A stretch of 64,000 nucleotides of DNA. It comes from an uncultured Chloroflexia bacterium (GTDB lineage Bacteria; Chloroflexota; Limnocylindria; QHBO01). The position numbers and the translations under genes are program-made. The DNA is taken from the NCBI GenBank assembly GCA_963825525.1, contig CAWGTN010000001.1, forward strand, positions 96,001-160,000, in the 5' to 3' direction. Numbering within the stretch: the first letter of the stretch is position 1; each line of letters starts with the position of its first letter. The notes beneath the pieces are model-generated. The model saw only the letters and a program-made list of their open reading frames with translations, was not told the DNA's origin and searched no databases. This document shows, piece by piece, positions 26,742 to 37,844 of the stretch.

Positions 26742-28052
26742 GTGATCAGCGTGGGTGTGGTGGCGCGAACTCCGGGGTGGTCCTTCGATCCGGGCCTGTA
26801 CGAGCTCCTGATCCTGGTCGCGGGGCTCGTCGTCCTGGCGGGCGCCGTCGCCCTGTCGCTTCAGCGCGGGCGGCCGTTCTCCGCCGCCCTGATCTATCTC
26901 GGCGCGGGGGTCGTGGCCGGTCTCGCGCTGCGCGTCATGGGCGTGAACTGGTACGACCCACTCGACGATGCGGTGCTCTTCAGCCGCACGGCGGAGTTGG
27001 CGGTCATCGTCTCCCTGTTCGGCGCCGGCGTGAAGCTGGACCGTCCGCTGACCTGGGAGGCGTGGCGCACGACGCTGATGCTGCTGGCCATCGCCATGCC
27101 GCTGACGATCGCGGGGGTCGCGCTGCTCGGGACGTGGCTGCTGGCCATGTCGCTGCCCAGCGCCATCCTGCTCGGTGCGGTCCTCGCCCCGACCGACCCG
27201 GTCCTCGCGGAGGACGTCCAGGTGGCGGGGCCGATGCAGAGCGAGCCCGAGGACGACGCCCGCTTCGCGATCACCTCGGAGGCGGGGCTCAATGACGGGC
27301 TCGCGTTCCCCTTCGTCATGCTCGCGCTCTTCGGATTTGCCCGCGGGTTCGACTCGTTCGGCTCGTGGTGGCTCGAGTGGCTGACCGCCGACCTGCTGTA
27401 CGCCGTGGTGGCCGGCATCGTCATCGGCGCCGTAGCCGGCAGGCTCATCGCGAGCCTGACGTATCGGGTCATCGACCGCGGCTGGCTGGTGAACCCGTTC
27501 GACGCGTTCGTGGCGATCGGCGCGATCTTCGCGGTCTATGGGCTCACCGAGCTGCTGGGTGGCTACGGATTCCTCGCCGTCTTCGCGTCCGGGGTCGCGT
27601 TCCGGCGTTACGAGCGCGGACACGAGGTGAATCAGCGGCTCCATGATGTGACCCTCGTCATCGAGAAGCTCGCCGAGCTCAGCGTCCTCCTCCTGCTCGG
27701 CAGCGTCCTGCCGATCGACGGGGTGCTCGAGCTGGGGTGGCCGGTGCTCGCCGTGGCGCTCGGGCTGCTGCTGGTCGTCCGGCCCCTGGCGGTTCTCGTG
27801 GCGCTGGTGTCCAGCGGCCTCGCCGGTCGTCAGCGGTTGTTCGTCGCCTGGTTCGGCATCCGAGGCATCGGCTCGATCTACTACCTCGGCTTCGCCTTCG
27901 CCGCGCTGACGCCGGTCGACGCGCGCCCGCTGTTCAGCGTCACCGCCGTCGCCATTCTTGTCTCGGTGCTGGCCCACGGTCTGTCGAGCGGTCCGTTGAC
28001 GCGCATGCTCATCGCCGCCGACCGCCGCGAGGCCGCCTCTGACGAGGGGTAG
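26742..28052 (+). CDS. Cation:proton antiporter (CPA1/NhaP-like); start uncertain
   Basis: LAPTDPVLA, SEAGLNDGLAFP, WFGIRGIGS; multiple TM helices. Confidence 0.92.
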   Translation: MISVGVVARTPGWSFDPGLYELLILVAGLVVLAGAVALSLQRGRPFSAALIYLGAGVVAGLALRVMGVNWYDPLDDAVLFSRTAELAVIVSLFGAGVKLDRPLTWEAWRTTLMLLAIAMPLTIAGVALLGTWLLAMSLPSAILLGAVLAPTDPVLAEDVQVAGPMQSEPEDDARFAITSEAGLNDGLAFPFVMLALFGFARGFDSFGSWWLEWLTADLLYAVVAGIVIGAVAGRLIASLTYRVIDRGWLVNPFDAFVAIGAIFAVYGLTELLGGYGFLAVFASGVAFRRYERGHEVNQRLHDVTLVIEKLAELSVLLLLGSVLPIDGVLELGWPVLAVALGLLLVVRPLAVLVALVSSGLAGRQRLFVAWFGIRGIGSIYYLGFAFAALTPVDARPLFSVTAVAILVSVLAHGLSSGPLTRMLIAADRREAASDEG

Positions 28053-28053
28053 G

Positions 28054-29529
28054 TCAGATCCAGCACCAACCGCCGGGCGGGGCCCCGGAGCTGGTCGAGT
28101 CATCGGGCAGAGTCGGGCGTGATCCGTCCGGTCGATCGCAGTCCGTGAACAGGATCCGGGTCCGCCATGCGTCGGGCTGCTGGGGCAGCGCGGTGAGCAG
28201 AGGCACCCAGAACCCGAAGCTGATGGCGATCACCAGCCCGTAGGCGCCCACCGCGAGCCGCCATCGAGTCCGCTGCCAGCCCCACGCCACAAGGGTGCCG
28301 AGAGCGAGGGCCAGGAACGGCACGGTCGGCAGGAAATACCACAGGAACGTCTGGCTCCGGCCACCAGACAGAACGATCCACGGCAGATAGGTCGACAGGG
28401 CGGCCAGCAGGATGACCGGCTCCGGCCGTCCGACGGCCCAGCGCGCGCGCCACCACGTCACCGCCAGCGCCGCCAGGGCGACGAGGCCCGGCCACCAGGC
28501 GAACGGGTTTCCGAGGGCCAGGATCTCGCGGTACGACCCGTTCTCCTCGCTGAACCAGTAGGCGACCGGGCGCTGAAGCGCCGGCCACGCGAGGGGCGGC
28601 GACTGGTACGGGTGGTCACCACCCAGCGTGGTGTGGAAGTCGAGCATGGCCTGCTGGTGGTCCCATATTCCACGCCACACCGACCCTGCCTGCCAGGGGA
28701 GCGCTACGAGGTCCCCGGGCATTCGACCGATGTAGCTGGCCAGATACACCAGCACCGGGACCACGCCAAGCGTCACGAGCGTCGGAATGGCCTCCCGTCG
28801 GAAGGCGATGCGAACCGCGGAGCGCAGGTCCAGCCCGGGCGTCGCGTGCCTGACCGATGCGATCTCCCACGCCACCACGAGCCCGATGACGGCCGGCGCG
28901 ACGTACGCCCCCGACCACTTCGTTGCGACAGCAGCACCCAGGAACACGCCTGCCGCCAGACGCCACGGACGCCCGACCGTGAGGCTCCACCACCACGGTC
29001 CCCTCTCAGCGGGAGGCGGACGATCCCGGTCCAGGATGGCGAACGCGACGGCGCCGACCACGAACAGCGTGATGAAGGCATCCAGCATCGCAATGCGGGA
29101 CTGGACCAGGTGAAGGAAATCGGTGGCCAGCAGGATCGAGGCGGCGATCGCCCCGACCGTCGCCGCGCGACCCGCGGTCCCGTGCAGCAGCCGCCTCCCG
29201 GCAACGTAGACGAGCCCGACACTCGCCGTGCCGGCAAGCGCGGCCGTGACACGCCACCCGAACGCGTCGTACCCGAAGAGGGCAATGCCCGAACCGATCA
29301 ACCACTTCCCGAGGGGCGGGTGGGCGCGGCTGGTGAGCTCGGCGATGCCGCAGTCGGCCTGGGTCCCGAGCACGTACCAGCAGGCATCCTGCGCGTAGAA
29401 GATCTCGTCGAAGATCAACCCGACCGGCCGCCCCAGGCTGACGAGGCGCAGCACGGCTGCCGCAATGACGACGACCAGCACGGCGATCGTGTCGGTCCGA
29501 GACCATCGAACCTGTGCCTGGTCGCTCAC
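28054..29529 (-). CDS. Protein O-mannosyltransferase (GT39/PMT family)
   Basis: IFDE.FY, HPPLGKWLI, SRIAMLD, KWSG, HPYQS, GNP, F..Y.LP. Confidence 0.9.
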   Translation of the reverse strand: MSDQAQVRWSRTDTIAVLVVVIAAAVLRLVSLGRPVGLIFDEIFYAQDACWYVLGTQADCGIAELTSRAHPPLGKWLIGSGIALFGYDAFGWRVTAALAGTASVGLVYVAGRRLLHGTAGRAATVGAIAASILLATDFLHLVQSRIAMLDAFITLFVVGAVAFAILDRDRPPPAERGPWWWSLTVGRPWRLAAGVFLGAAVATKWSGAYVAPAVIGLVVAWEIASVRHATPGLDLRSAVRIAFRREAIPTLVTLGVVPVLVYLASYIGRMPGDLVALPWQAGSVWRGIWDHQQAMLDFHTTLGGDHPYQSPPLAWPALQRPVAYWFSEENGSYREILALGNPFAWWPGLVALAALAVTWWRARWAVGRPEPVILLAALSTYLPWIVLSGGRSQTFLWYFLPTVPFLALALGTLVAWGWQRTRWRLAVGAYGLVIAISFGFWVPLLTALPQQPDAWRTRILFTDCDRPDGSRPTLPDDSTSSGAPPGGWCWI

Positions 29530-29662
29530 GTGTGCGGTGATGCGATTCCTCCCATCGGGCGTATCCCAATCCGCGCGTGCGGGCGAATTGTGCCGGTATG
29601 CTATCGAATGGCGGACCTCGACCTTGATCGGGGCCGCGCACAAGAGGAGGGTTTACGGAACC

Positions 29663-30037
29663 ATGGGTCTCGCTCGAACCGTAGCTGCAGTCTTCGGGGC
29701 GGTCTACCTGCTGGTGGGCATCCTCGGATTTGTCCTGGTCTCCGGAGGAGAGGGTGAGCTATTCGGCCTCTTCCCGGTCAACGCATTGCACAACATCGTG
29801 CACATCCTGCTCGGCGCCATCCTGCTGTATGGCTCGATGTCGTTCGCTGCCGCGATCCAGACCACGCGCGGCGTCGGAGCCGTGCTCGTCATTCTCGGCA
29901 TCCTTGGATTCATCACGACCGATGGATTCGGCCTCGTGCCGCTGGGTGGCAACGACATCTGGCTGCACCTCGCAACCGGCGCCATCCTGCTGGCCACGGG
30001 CTTCATGGCCACCGACGACGCGGTGTCGACCGTCTGA
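29663..30037 (+). CDS. DUF4383 membrane protein
   Basis: FG.VYLLVGILGF, LFGLFPVN.LHN..H, D.WLHL. Confidence 0.85.
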   Translation: MGLARTVAAVFGAVYLLVGILGFVLVSGGEGELFGLFPVNALHNIVHILLGAILLYGSMSFAAAIQTTRGVGAVLVILGILGFITTDGFGLVPLGGNDIWLHLATGAILLATGFMATDDAVSTV

Positions 30038-30062
30038 CGCCTTCAGGCGCCCAAACGCCCAT

Positions 30063-30094
30063 CGAAGAGCCCGGCCCGACGGTCGGGCTCTTCG
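30063..30094. terminator. Bidirectional hairpin between convergent genes
   Basis: CGAAGAGCCCG...CGGGCTCTTCG inverted repeat. Confidence 0.7.
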
Positions 30095-30097
30095 GCA

Positions 30098-30538
30098 TCA
30101 GTCGTGACGCCGGGACTCCATCGAGGTCCTGGTACGCGCGGCCACCTCGTCACTGCATGACAGCGAGCTCACGGCGACCGGGGACGCGTACCACACCAGG
30201 TGCCGCCAGTGGTCCGACACCTGGCGCAGCCGATCCCTCGAATACTCGTCGGTGGGCTGCAGCCACGCATCGTGGGCGGGCAGGCCATGGCCGGGGACGA
30301 ACTGGAACCCGATCTCGCTCCCGGCGCACGCGGTGACCACGCTGTAGGCACCCTCCCAGGACGAGTGCAGCTGCTTGACGCGCCAGCCCGGAAGGCGCTC
30401 GCTGACCTCCGCCATGACGGTGGCGCGCTCGACGTCCGGGGCGGTCGGGATCGGGACATTGAGTGCCAGCGCAAACGCTGCGGCCAGCGAGAACAGGCCA
30501 GCGCCAAAGCGCCAACGGGGATTGCGTGACAGGGTCAT
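30098..30538 (-). CDS. Hypothetical exported protein
   Basis: N-terminal hydrophobic helix; Trp-rich body with two Cys; fills the gap between the terminator and the tadA promoter. Confidence 0.65.
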   Translation of the reverse strand: MTLSRNPRWRFGAGLFSLAAAFALALNVPIPTAPDVERATVMAEVSERLPGWRVKQLHSSWEGAYSVVTACAGSEIGFQFVPGHGLPAHDAWLQPTDEYSRDRLRQVSDHWRHLVWYASPVAVSSLSCSDEVAARTRTSMESRRHD

Positions 30539-30684
30539 CGGTCTCTCGTGGGTATCGGCCGCCCGAGGCGGTGGTTTGGTGTCGTCGTTGACCACCCGAA
30601 GTGCAGGATTCGTACCGGGCACCTGCTAGACTCCTGACCCTGGCTGCCCACGGAATCCGTGATCACGAGCGCGAGGCGGACCCG

Positions 30685-31125
30685 ATGAACTACGAGCTGT
30701 ACATGGCCGAGGCGATCGCCGAGGCCAAACGTGGCGGAGAAGAGGGGGAGGAGCCGGTCGGTGCTGTCGCCGTCATCGATGACGCGATGATCGCCCGCGA
30801 CCATCAGCGTGTCGCCCTCGGCGAGGACCCGACGGCGCATGCCGTCCTGCTGACCGTTCAGGCGGCCGCGCGCAAGCTCGGCAACCGCCGCCTGTCGGAG
30901 GCCACGATCTTCACGACCCATGAGCCGTGTGCCATGTGTGTCGGCGCCCTCGTCGAGGCTCGCATCCGCGCGCTCGTGTTCGCGGTCCCGGATCCGGACA
31001 GGGGAGCTGCCGGCGGCGCCATCAACCTGGCACGTGAGTCGGCCATGCCGCACCAGATCTCGGTGGTTTCCGGCGTTCGGGAGAGCGAGGCGCGCCGCCT
31101 CGACATCGCGTCGGCATCGGTCTAG
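30685..31125 (+). CDS. tadA: TadA-like deaminase-fold protein lacking the catalytic glutamate
   Basis: GEEPVGAV, DPTAHAV (normally HAE), EPCAMC, GAAG; canonical position before tRNA-Ser/ffs/dnaX. Confidence 0.88.
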   Translation: MNYELYMAEAIAEAKRGGEEGEEPVGAVAVIDDAMIARDHQRVALGEDPTAHAVLLTVQAAARKLGNRRLSEATIFTTHEPCAMCVGALVEARIRALVFAVPDPDRGAAGGAINLARESAMPHQISVVSGVRESEARRLDIASASV

Positions 31126-31172
31126 GGCTTCGTGGTCGCTGGCGGGGGAGTGCGCTAGACTCGCTCCGGCAC

Positions 31173-31259
<87 letters not shown>

Positions 31260-31269
31260 CGCCACCTGC

Positions 31270-31357
31270 GGAGAGGTCGCCTAGAGGCCTATGGCGCGGC
31301 ACTGGAAATGCCGTTCGGGGCAACCCGTCGAGGGTTCGAATCCCTCCCTCTCCGCCA
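31270..31357 (+). tRNA. tRNA-Ser(GGA)
   Basis: CGGCA-CT-GGA-AA-TGCCG; GCCA. Confidence 0.95.
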
Positions 31358-31399
31358 ACTCGATTGACCGAACCATCCCCCTGGCCTACCATCGCCGCC

Positions 31400-31668
31400 G
31401 GTCGTGCTAGGCGGGGAACCAGCGGTGCCCTGTATCCGCAATCCGCTATAGCGGAGCTGAATTCCCGGTCGAGGGCAGCATCGTTCGCCCACCACCACCG
31501 CGTCCGACGTTGAAAGTCGGGTCCCGCGCAGCGTAGGTCCGTGAACCCCGTCAGGTCCGGAAGGAAGCAGCGGTAAGCGATCGCCTTCGGGTGCCGCGGG
31601 ACAACCTGGCTGGAGCCGGACACGTGGGTGAGTGCGAGCTGGTGCTGATCGACACCGGGTGCACGACC
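31400..31668 (+). ncRNA. ffs: Signal recognition particle RNA, large (Alu-containing) form
   Basis: Helix 8 GTCAGGTCCGGAAGGAAGCAGC; Alu GCGGTGCCCTGTA..CCGC; ends pair as GGTCGTGC/GCACGACC. Confidence 0.93.
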
Positions 31669-31736
31669 TATTCATCACCTCGCCGCCCACGGCACGACGG
31701 ACCGACCGGCCGAATCGGTGTACGGTAGGTCTCGTC

Positions 31737-33335
31737 ATGCCGCCAGCCCAGCCCATGCCCCCCGTCTCCGAGCCCGCTTCGGCTGCCCCCCATCGCGCGC
31801 TGTACCGACGCTTCCGGGCGCAGCGCTTCGCCGAGCTCGTTGGCCAGGACCCCATCGTCACGACCCTGCGCCGCGCGGTGGCCGGCGACCGGCTGGCCCA
31901 CGCCTACCTGTTCGTGGGTCCACGCGGGACGGGCAAGACGTCGACGGCCCGCATCCTGGCCAAGGCAATCAACTGCACCGCCCTCGGCGACGACGGTGAG
32001 CCGTGCGATGCCTGCGCCGCCTGCACGTCGATTCGCGATGGCCGTGCCCTCGACGTCATCGAGATCGACGCCGCCAGCCACGGCCTGGTCGAGGACGCGC
32101 GTGACCTCGTCATGCGTGCGCTCACCGCTCCCAGTGAGCTCCGGCGCCGCGTCTACATCATCGACGAGGTCCACATGCTGAGCACCCATGCGTTCAACGC
32201 GCTGCTCAAGGTCATCGAGGAGCCGCCGGACCACGTCGTCTTCATCCTGGCAACCACCGACACCCACAAGGTCCCGGCCACCATCATCAGCCGCACCCAG
32301 CGACACGACTTCCGGCGCATGACCGAGCTGACCATCACCGGGAAGCTGCGACGGATCGTCGACGCCGAGAAGGTCGAGGCCGATGACGACGCACTCGACT
32401 TGATCGCCCGCCTCGCGGACGGTGGCATGCGCGACGCCGAGTCGCTGCTGGACCAGGTCCTGAGCTTCACGACCGGGCGGCTCTCGGCGACCGAGGTCCG
32501 CGAAGCCGTGGGGCTGGCCGACGACGCGGTCATCGCCGCCCTCGTTGACGCCTACGTCGCCGCCGACGTGCCCGCCGCCCTCGATCGGGTGGCCGAGATG
32601 GCTGACGCGGGCCGTGACATGGCGCAGGTCGCGTCCCAGGCGGAGGGGGAGGCTCGCCGTCGCCTGCTGGCGTCGGCATCGGATCCCGGAGCGGCTCGAC
32701 GCCTTGCCACGATTCTTCGAACCCTGGCCGAGGCTGCCGGCGCCGGCGCGCGCGAAGGCCGGGCCCGGCTCCTGCTCGAGCTCCTGAGTGTCGAGTCAGT
32801 CGAGTCCGATGCCCCGGCTGTCGCCGCACCACGGCCGGCGCCGATCGAAGCGAAGCCCGCTGCACGCGCCGAACCGGCCGTGCGGCGCGAGCCGATCGCC
32901 CCGACCCCGGCGGCGGCGGTGCCCGTGCAGCCGGCAACGTCATCGCCGGTCACGGTCGGCGCGGGTGACGTGGGAGAGCTGCGCACCCGATGGGCGGAGG
33001 TGGTGGCACGTGCCACGCCCGTCATCAAGCCCCTGCTCGGTGAGTGCCGCCCGATTGCCCGAGACGGAGCCCGGCTCACCCTCGCGTTTCCGGAGGGCCG
33101 CGACTTCATGCGTTCCCGTATCGCCCAACGCGCTGGCGCGATCGAGGCACTCCTCAACGACATGTTCGGAGGCCCGTTTGCCATCGAATGCGTGGCGAGC
33201 AACCTGGAGCTCGAGCCGCTGACCGTGGAACAGGCCATCGCGCCGGCTGCGGACGATCCGGAGGCCAAGGCGCTGCTTGACGGCGTACTCAAGATCACCG
33301 GGGGAGAGCTCGTCGACGCGCCCGAAGTGCGCTAG
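31737..33335 (+). CDS. dnaX: DNA polymerase III subunit gamma/tau
   Basis: LYRRFR..F.ELVGQ, GPRGTGKT, IIDEVHML, EEPP. Confidence 0.96.
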   Translation: MPPAQPMPPVSEPASAAPHRALYRRFRAQRFAELVGQDPIVTTLRRAVAGDRLAHAYLFVGPRGTGKTSTARILAKAINCTALGDDGEPCDACAACTSIRDGRALDVIEIDAASHGLVEDARDLVMRALTAPSELRRRVYIIDEVHMLSTHAFNALLKVIEEPPDHVVFILATTDTHKVPATIISRTQRHDFRRMTELTITGKLRRIVDAEKVEADDDALDLIARLADGGMRDAESLLDQVLSFTTGRLSATEVREAVGLADDAVIAALVDAYVAADVPAALDRVAEMADAGRDMAQVASQAEGEARRRLLASASDPGAARRLATILRTLAEAAGAGAREGRARLLLELLSVESVESDAPAVAAPRPAPIEAKPAARAEPAVRREPIAPTPAAAVPVQPATSSPVTVGAGDVGELRTRWAEVVARATPVIKPLLGECRPIARDGARLTLAFPEGRDFMRSRIAQRAGAIEALLNDMFGGPFAIECVASNLELEPLTVEQAIAPAADDPEAKALLDGVLKITGGELVDAPEVR

Positions 33336-33378
33336 CGGGATCCCGGACCACCACGACACAGAACGAGGACCAGCCTTC

Positions 33379-33705
33379 GTGAACATCGGCCAGATCGCCA
33401 AGATGGCGCAACAGATGCAGACGCAGATGGCTCAGGCGCAGCAGGAGCTTGCCGAGACGACCCTCGAGGCAACCGCAGGCGGTGGTGCCGTGCGAATCGT
33501 CATCACCGGCGCACAGGAGGTGCGCAGCGTGGAGATCGACCCCTCGGCCATCGACCCGGACGAGGCGGAGATGCTCCAGGACCTGGTGCTATCGGCCATG
33601 AACGAGGCGATCAGCCGCAGCAAGGAGCTCGAGCGCGAGCGGATGGGCTCGATCGCCGGCGGCATGGGAATCCCCGGCATGCCGGGCCTGCCCGGCATGG
33701 GCTGA
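33379..33705 (+). CDS. YbaB/EbfC nucleoid-associated protein
   Basis: AGGGAV, EMLQDLV..A.NEA; lies between dnaX and recR. Confidence 0.93.
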   Translation: MNIGQIAKMAQQMQTQMAQAQQELAETTLEATAGGGAVRIVITGAQEVRSVEIDPSAIDPDEAEMLQDLVLSAMNEAISRSKELERERMGSIAGGMGIPGMPGLPGMG

Positions 33706-33712
33706 GGACCGA

Positions 33713-34324
33713 GTGGCCGGGCTCATTGCGCCGGTCGCGCGCCTGATCGAGGAGTTCAGCAAGCTCCCCGGGATCGGGACGAAGACCGCTCAGCGCCTCA
33801 CGTATCACGTGCTGCGCGCCTCGACCGACGATGCGCGCTCGCTGGCGACCGCCCTCGTCTCCATCAAGGAGGACGTGGACTACTGCAGCGTGTGCTCGAA
33901 CATCACCGAGACGGGCGTCGATCCCTGCCTGATCTGTGCCGATCCGCGCCGCGATGCGGCCCATATCTGCGTCGTCGAGGAGCCACTCGACGTGCTGGCA
34001 ATCGAGCGGACCAGCGAGTTCCGGGGGAGGTACCACGTCCTCCACGGCGCCATCAGCCCGATCGACGGCATCGGCCCGGACCGGATCCGCGCGCGTGAGC
34101 TCCTGGCCAGGGTCGCACAGGGCGGGGTGGAGGAGGTCATCCTCGCAACCAACCCGAATCTCGAGGGCGAGGCGACCGCCATGTATCTGGCGGACCTGCT
34201 CCGCGCACACGTCCCGACCATCACCCGGATCGCGCGTGGCCTGCCGGTGGGTGGCGACCTCGAGTACGCCGATGATGTCACCCTCATTCGATCGCTCCAG
34301 GGCCGGCGCAGCGTCGACGGCTGA
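33713..34324 (+). CDS. recR: Recombination mediator RecR
   Basis: LPGIGTKTAQRL, C4 zinc finger, CVVEEP, ATNPNLEGEATA. Confidence 0.97.
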   Translation: MAGLIAPVARLIEEFSKLPGIGTKTAQRLTYHVLRASTDDARSLATALVSIKEDVDYCSVCSNITETGVDPCLICADPRRDAAHICVVEEPLDVLAIERTSEFRGRYHVLHGAISPIDGIGPDRIRARELLARVAQGGVEEVILATNPNLEGEATAMYLADLLRAHVPTITRIARGLPVGGDLEYADDVTLIRSLQGRRSVDG

Positions 34325-34340
34325 CGGGTGCATGCCTCGC

Positions 34341-34369
34341 TTGACGGCATGCACCGGGTGACCTATAGT
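34341..34369 (+). promoter_or_regulatory. 16S rRNA promoter
   Basis: TTGACG-17-TATAGT; the -35 overlaps the GGTGCATGCC/GGCATGCACC inverted repeat. Confidence 0.8.
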
Positions 34370-34639
34370 CCGTCTTCGCGCCGGCGCAAGCCGGTCGATG
34401 TGCCACGAACGGCGGACCACACCTGGACCGTGCAGCGTGACCATCGCGAGTTCACCTCCGGAGTCAATCCAAAGGAGTACTCGAATCGAACGAAGCCGAG
34501 CCCACACGTGGGCAAGGCAACGTGGCTTACCAGCTGAAGAGTGACAGGAATCCACACGAGTCAGCGGGACAACGTCGAACTCTTAACCGGTGGAAAAGCC
34601 TGACCAGATCGTCTGGCGGCAAGGCCACTGGTTTCGTTT

Positions 34640-36147
<1,508 letters not shown>

Positions 36148-36326
36148 GGGAGATATGTGGAACCGGTTCGCCGGAACCACGATCCCAGGTCGATCGGCCA
36201 GCTCGCCGCAAGGTCCGATGCTCGAGGGAGCATCGGGTAGTGAGCTGAACCGCCCTCGAAACTACCGACCTGATTCCCGCTGATAACGCGGATTCCTGTC
36301 ACTCTTCAGCAGCGCAAGCCGTGCGC

Positions 36327-36356
36327 GAAGCCGCCCCTCACCGGGCGGCTTCTTCG
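36327..36356 (+). terminator. Hairpin terminator after 16S
   Basis: GAAGCCGCCC/GGGCGGCTTC followed by TTCGT. Confidence 0.65.
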
Positions 36357-36381
36357 TGTCCTGGGCTGGACGGGAAGGAGG

Positions 36382-36591
36382 TCAGCCCGGGACGACGTCG
36401 ATCCAGCCCAGCGCGAAGGCGACGAAGAAGCCGACGATCAGGATGACGAAGGCCCAGCCCACCGCCAGCCGCGTGCGCCGTGATGTCGCGCTGCTGCCTC
36501 CGGAGGCCAACGCCCGCATCCGCTCGTCGGCCCGAAAGCCGCCTCTGACAGGATTAGGGTGTGGGTGCTCGGGTCGGTCGTGGTCGAGCAT
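36382..36591 (-). CDS. Small C-terminally anchored membrane protein
   Basis: 69 aa; GGAG RBS; single C-terminal TM ending LGWIDVVPG. Confidence 0.6.
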   Translation of the reverse strand: MLDHDRPEHPHPNPVRGGFRADERMRALASGGSSATSRRTRLAVGWAFVILIVGFFVAFALGWIDVVPG

Positions 36592-36612
36592 GATGGACTA
36601 GCTCCAGAGTGA

Positions 36613-36837
36613 TCAGGCGTTGAAGCCGGGCACCGAGATGACGCCGAGCCATCCCAGCAGCGCGTAGACGATGAGGGCCACAGCAGCGAGGCCAATGATC
36701 CAGCCCGTGGCTCTCCGGGAGCCGGAGCTGATCTCCCGTCCGTAGGGCCGATCGGCGCGCTCCGCACGCTCTGCGCGGCGGGCCTCGGTCTCCGACCAGT
36801 CGTTCGGTGTCATGCCGGTTCCCGGGTTGAACCCCAT
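36613..36837 (-). CDS. Small C-terminally anchored membrane protein (similar to its neighbour)
   Basis: 74 aa; GGAGG RBS; C-terminal TM ending LGWLGVISVPG. Confidence 0.65.
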   Translation of the reverse strand: MGFNPGTGMTPNDWSETEARRAERAERADRPYGREISSGSRRATGWIIGLAAVALIVYALLGWLGVISVPGFNA

Positions 36838-36931
36838 GGCGCGGCCTCCAATGCGTCGACCCACGCTAGCAGGCGTCACAAGCTCCAGTTGCGGACGCAG
36901 CTCGGCGGCTGCTACGATGCCGCCTCCCGAG

Positions 36932-37008
36932 GGGCGTTTAGCTCAGCTGGTTAGAGCACTGCCCTGATAAGGCAGAGGTCTCTGGTTCGAGTCCAGAAAC
37001 GCCCACCA
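36932..37008 (+). tRNA. tRNA-Ile(GAT)
   Basis: CTGCC-CT-GAT-AA-GGCAG; ACCA; TGCTACGAT -10 just upstream. Confidence 0.97.
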
Positions 37009-37036
37009 CCTCACCTCCCTCGACCCATGGAGCGCC

Positions 37037-37837
37037 GTGTCCTCGATGCCGCAGGAGCCCGCGCCAAGCACCGAGGATCGCCCGATGGGGGTCCTGGGCG
37101 AACCGAACGAGGACCGGGAGCTCCACGCGTCGATCGGCGGGGTCGTGTACGCCCGCCACCCCACGCGAACCCACCTGGTCACGGCCGATGACGACGCCGC
37201 CGTGGTCGTCCAGCGCTACGTCGGCGACCTGGGCAGCGATGTCCGGTTGGTGGCGATCAGCGAGCGGATGGTGGCCATCACCCAGGGACGCTCCTATCCG
37301 ATCCGCGACATCACCCCGAGCCCGCTCGCGCGGCTCCTCGAGCGCTTCGTGACGCGTCCCGGCTACGGGATCGGCCTCGGTTCGGCCGAGACCATGGAGC
37401 TCGCGATCCGCGAGGTCGGGGCGCCGCGCATCCTGCTGGCCGCGGGGCTGTCGGCCGTGACCAAGCCGTTCGGGGTGCACGGCATCTTCTACCGCGTCGC
37501 CGGCGCGCAGGCGAAGGCCATCGACGGCCCGACCAGCTACACGATTCCGCCGTACAACGATGCCGCCACGCTCGGTCCGAAGGACCCCGACGGCGCCGCG
37601 CGACAGATCGCTGCCGTACTCGACGCGCCGGTCGCGATCATCGACGCCAACGATGCGGGCTGCGCGGTGCTGGGTGCCAGCCCGGGTGTGGATCGGCGCT
37701 TCGTCGAGCGCCTGTTTGCGGACAACCCCCTGGGCCAGGCGCGCGAGCAGACGCCGATCTGCGTGGTGCGCGAGGTCGCCTGGCCGGCGGGACAGGCGCT
37801 CCCGCCCGAGCCGAAGCGACGGCTGACGCCACCCTGA
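37037..37837 (+). CDS. F420-0:gamma-glutamyl ligase (CofE-like) family protein
   Basis: TRTHLV, ISE.MVAITQGR, AIDGP...PPY....LGP.DPD, IIDAND, DNPLGQ..EQTP. Confidence 0.75.
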   Translation: MSSMPQEPAPSTEDRPMGVLGEPNEDRELHASIGGVVYARHPTRTHLVTADDDAAVVVQRYVGDLGSDVRLVAISERMVAITQGRSYPIRDITPSPLARLLERFVTRPGYGIGLGSAETMELAIREVGAPRILLAAGLSAVTKPFGVHGIFYRVAGAQAKAIDGPTSYTIPPYNDAATLGPKDPDGAARQIAAVLDAPVAIIDANDAGCAVLGASPGVDRRFVERLFADNPLGQAREQTPICVVREVAWPAGQALPPEPKRRLTPP

Positions 37838-37844
37838 CCCCGGC

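Noticed and set aside
31737-33335. Programmed gamma/tau frameshift in dnaX
   Set aside because: No A-AAA-AAG or poly-A slippage site seen.
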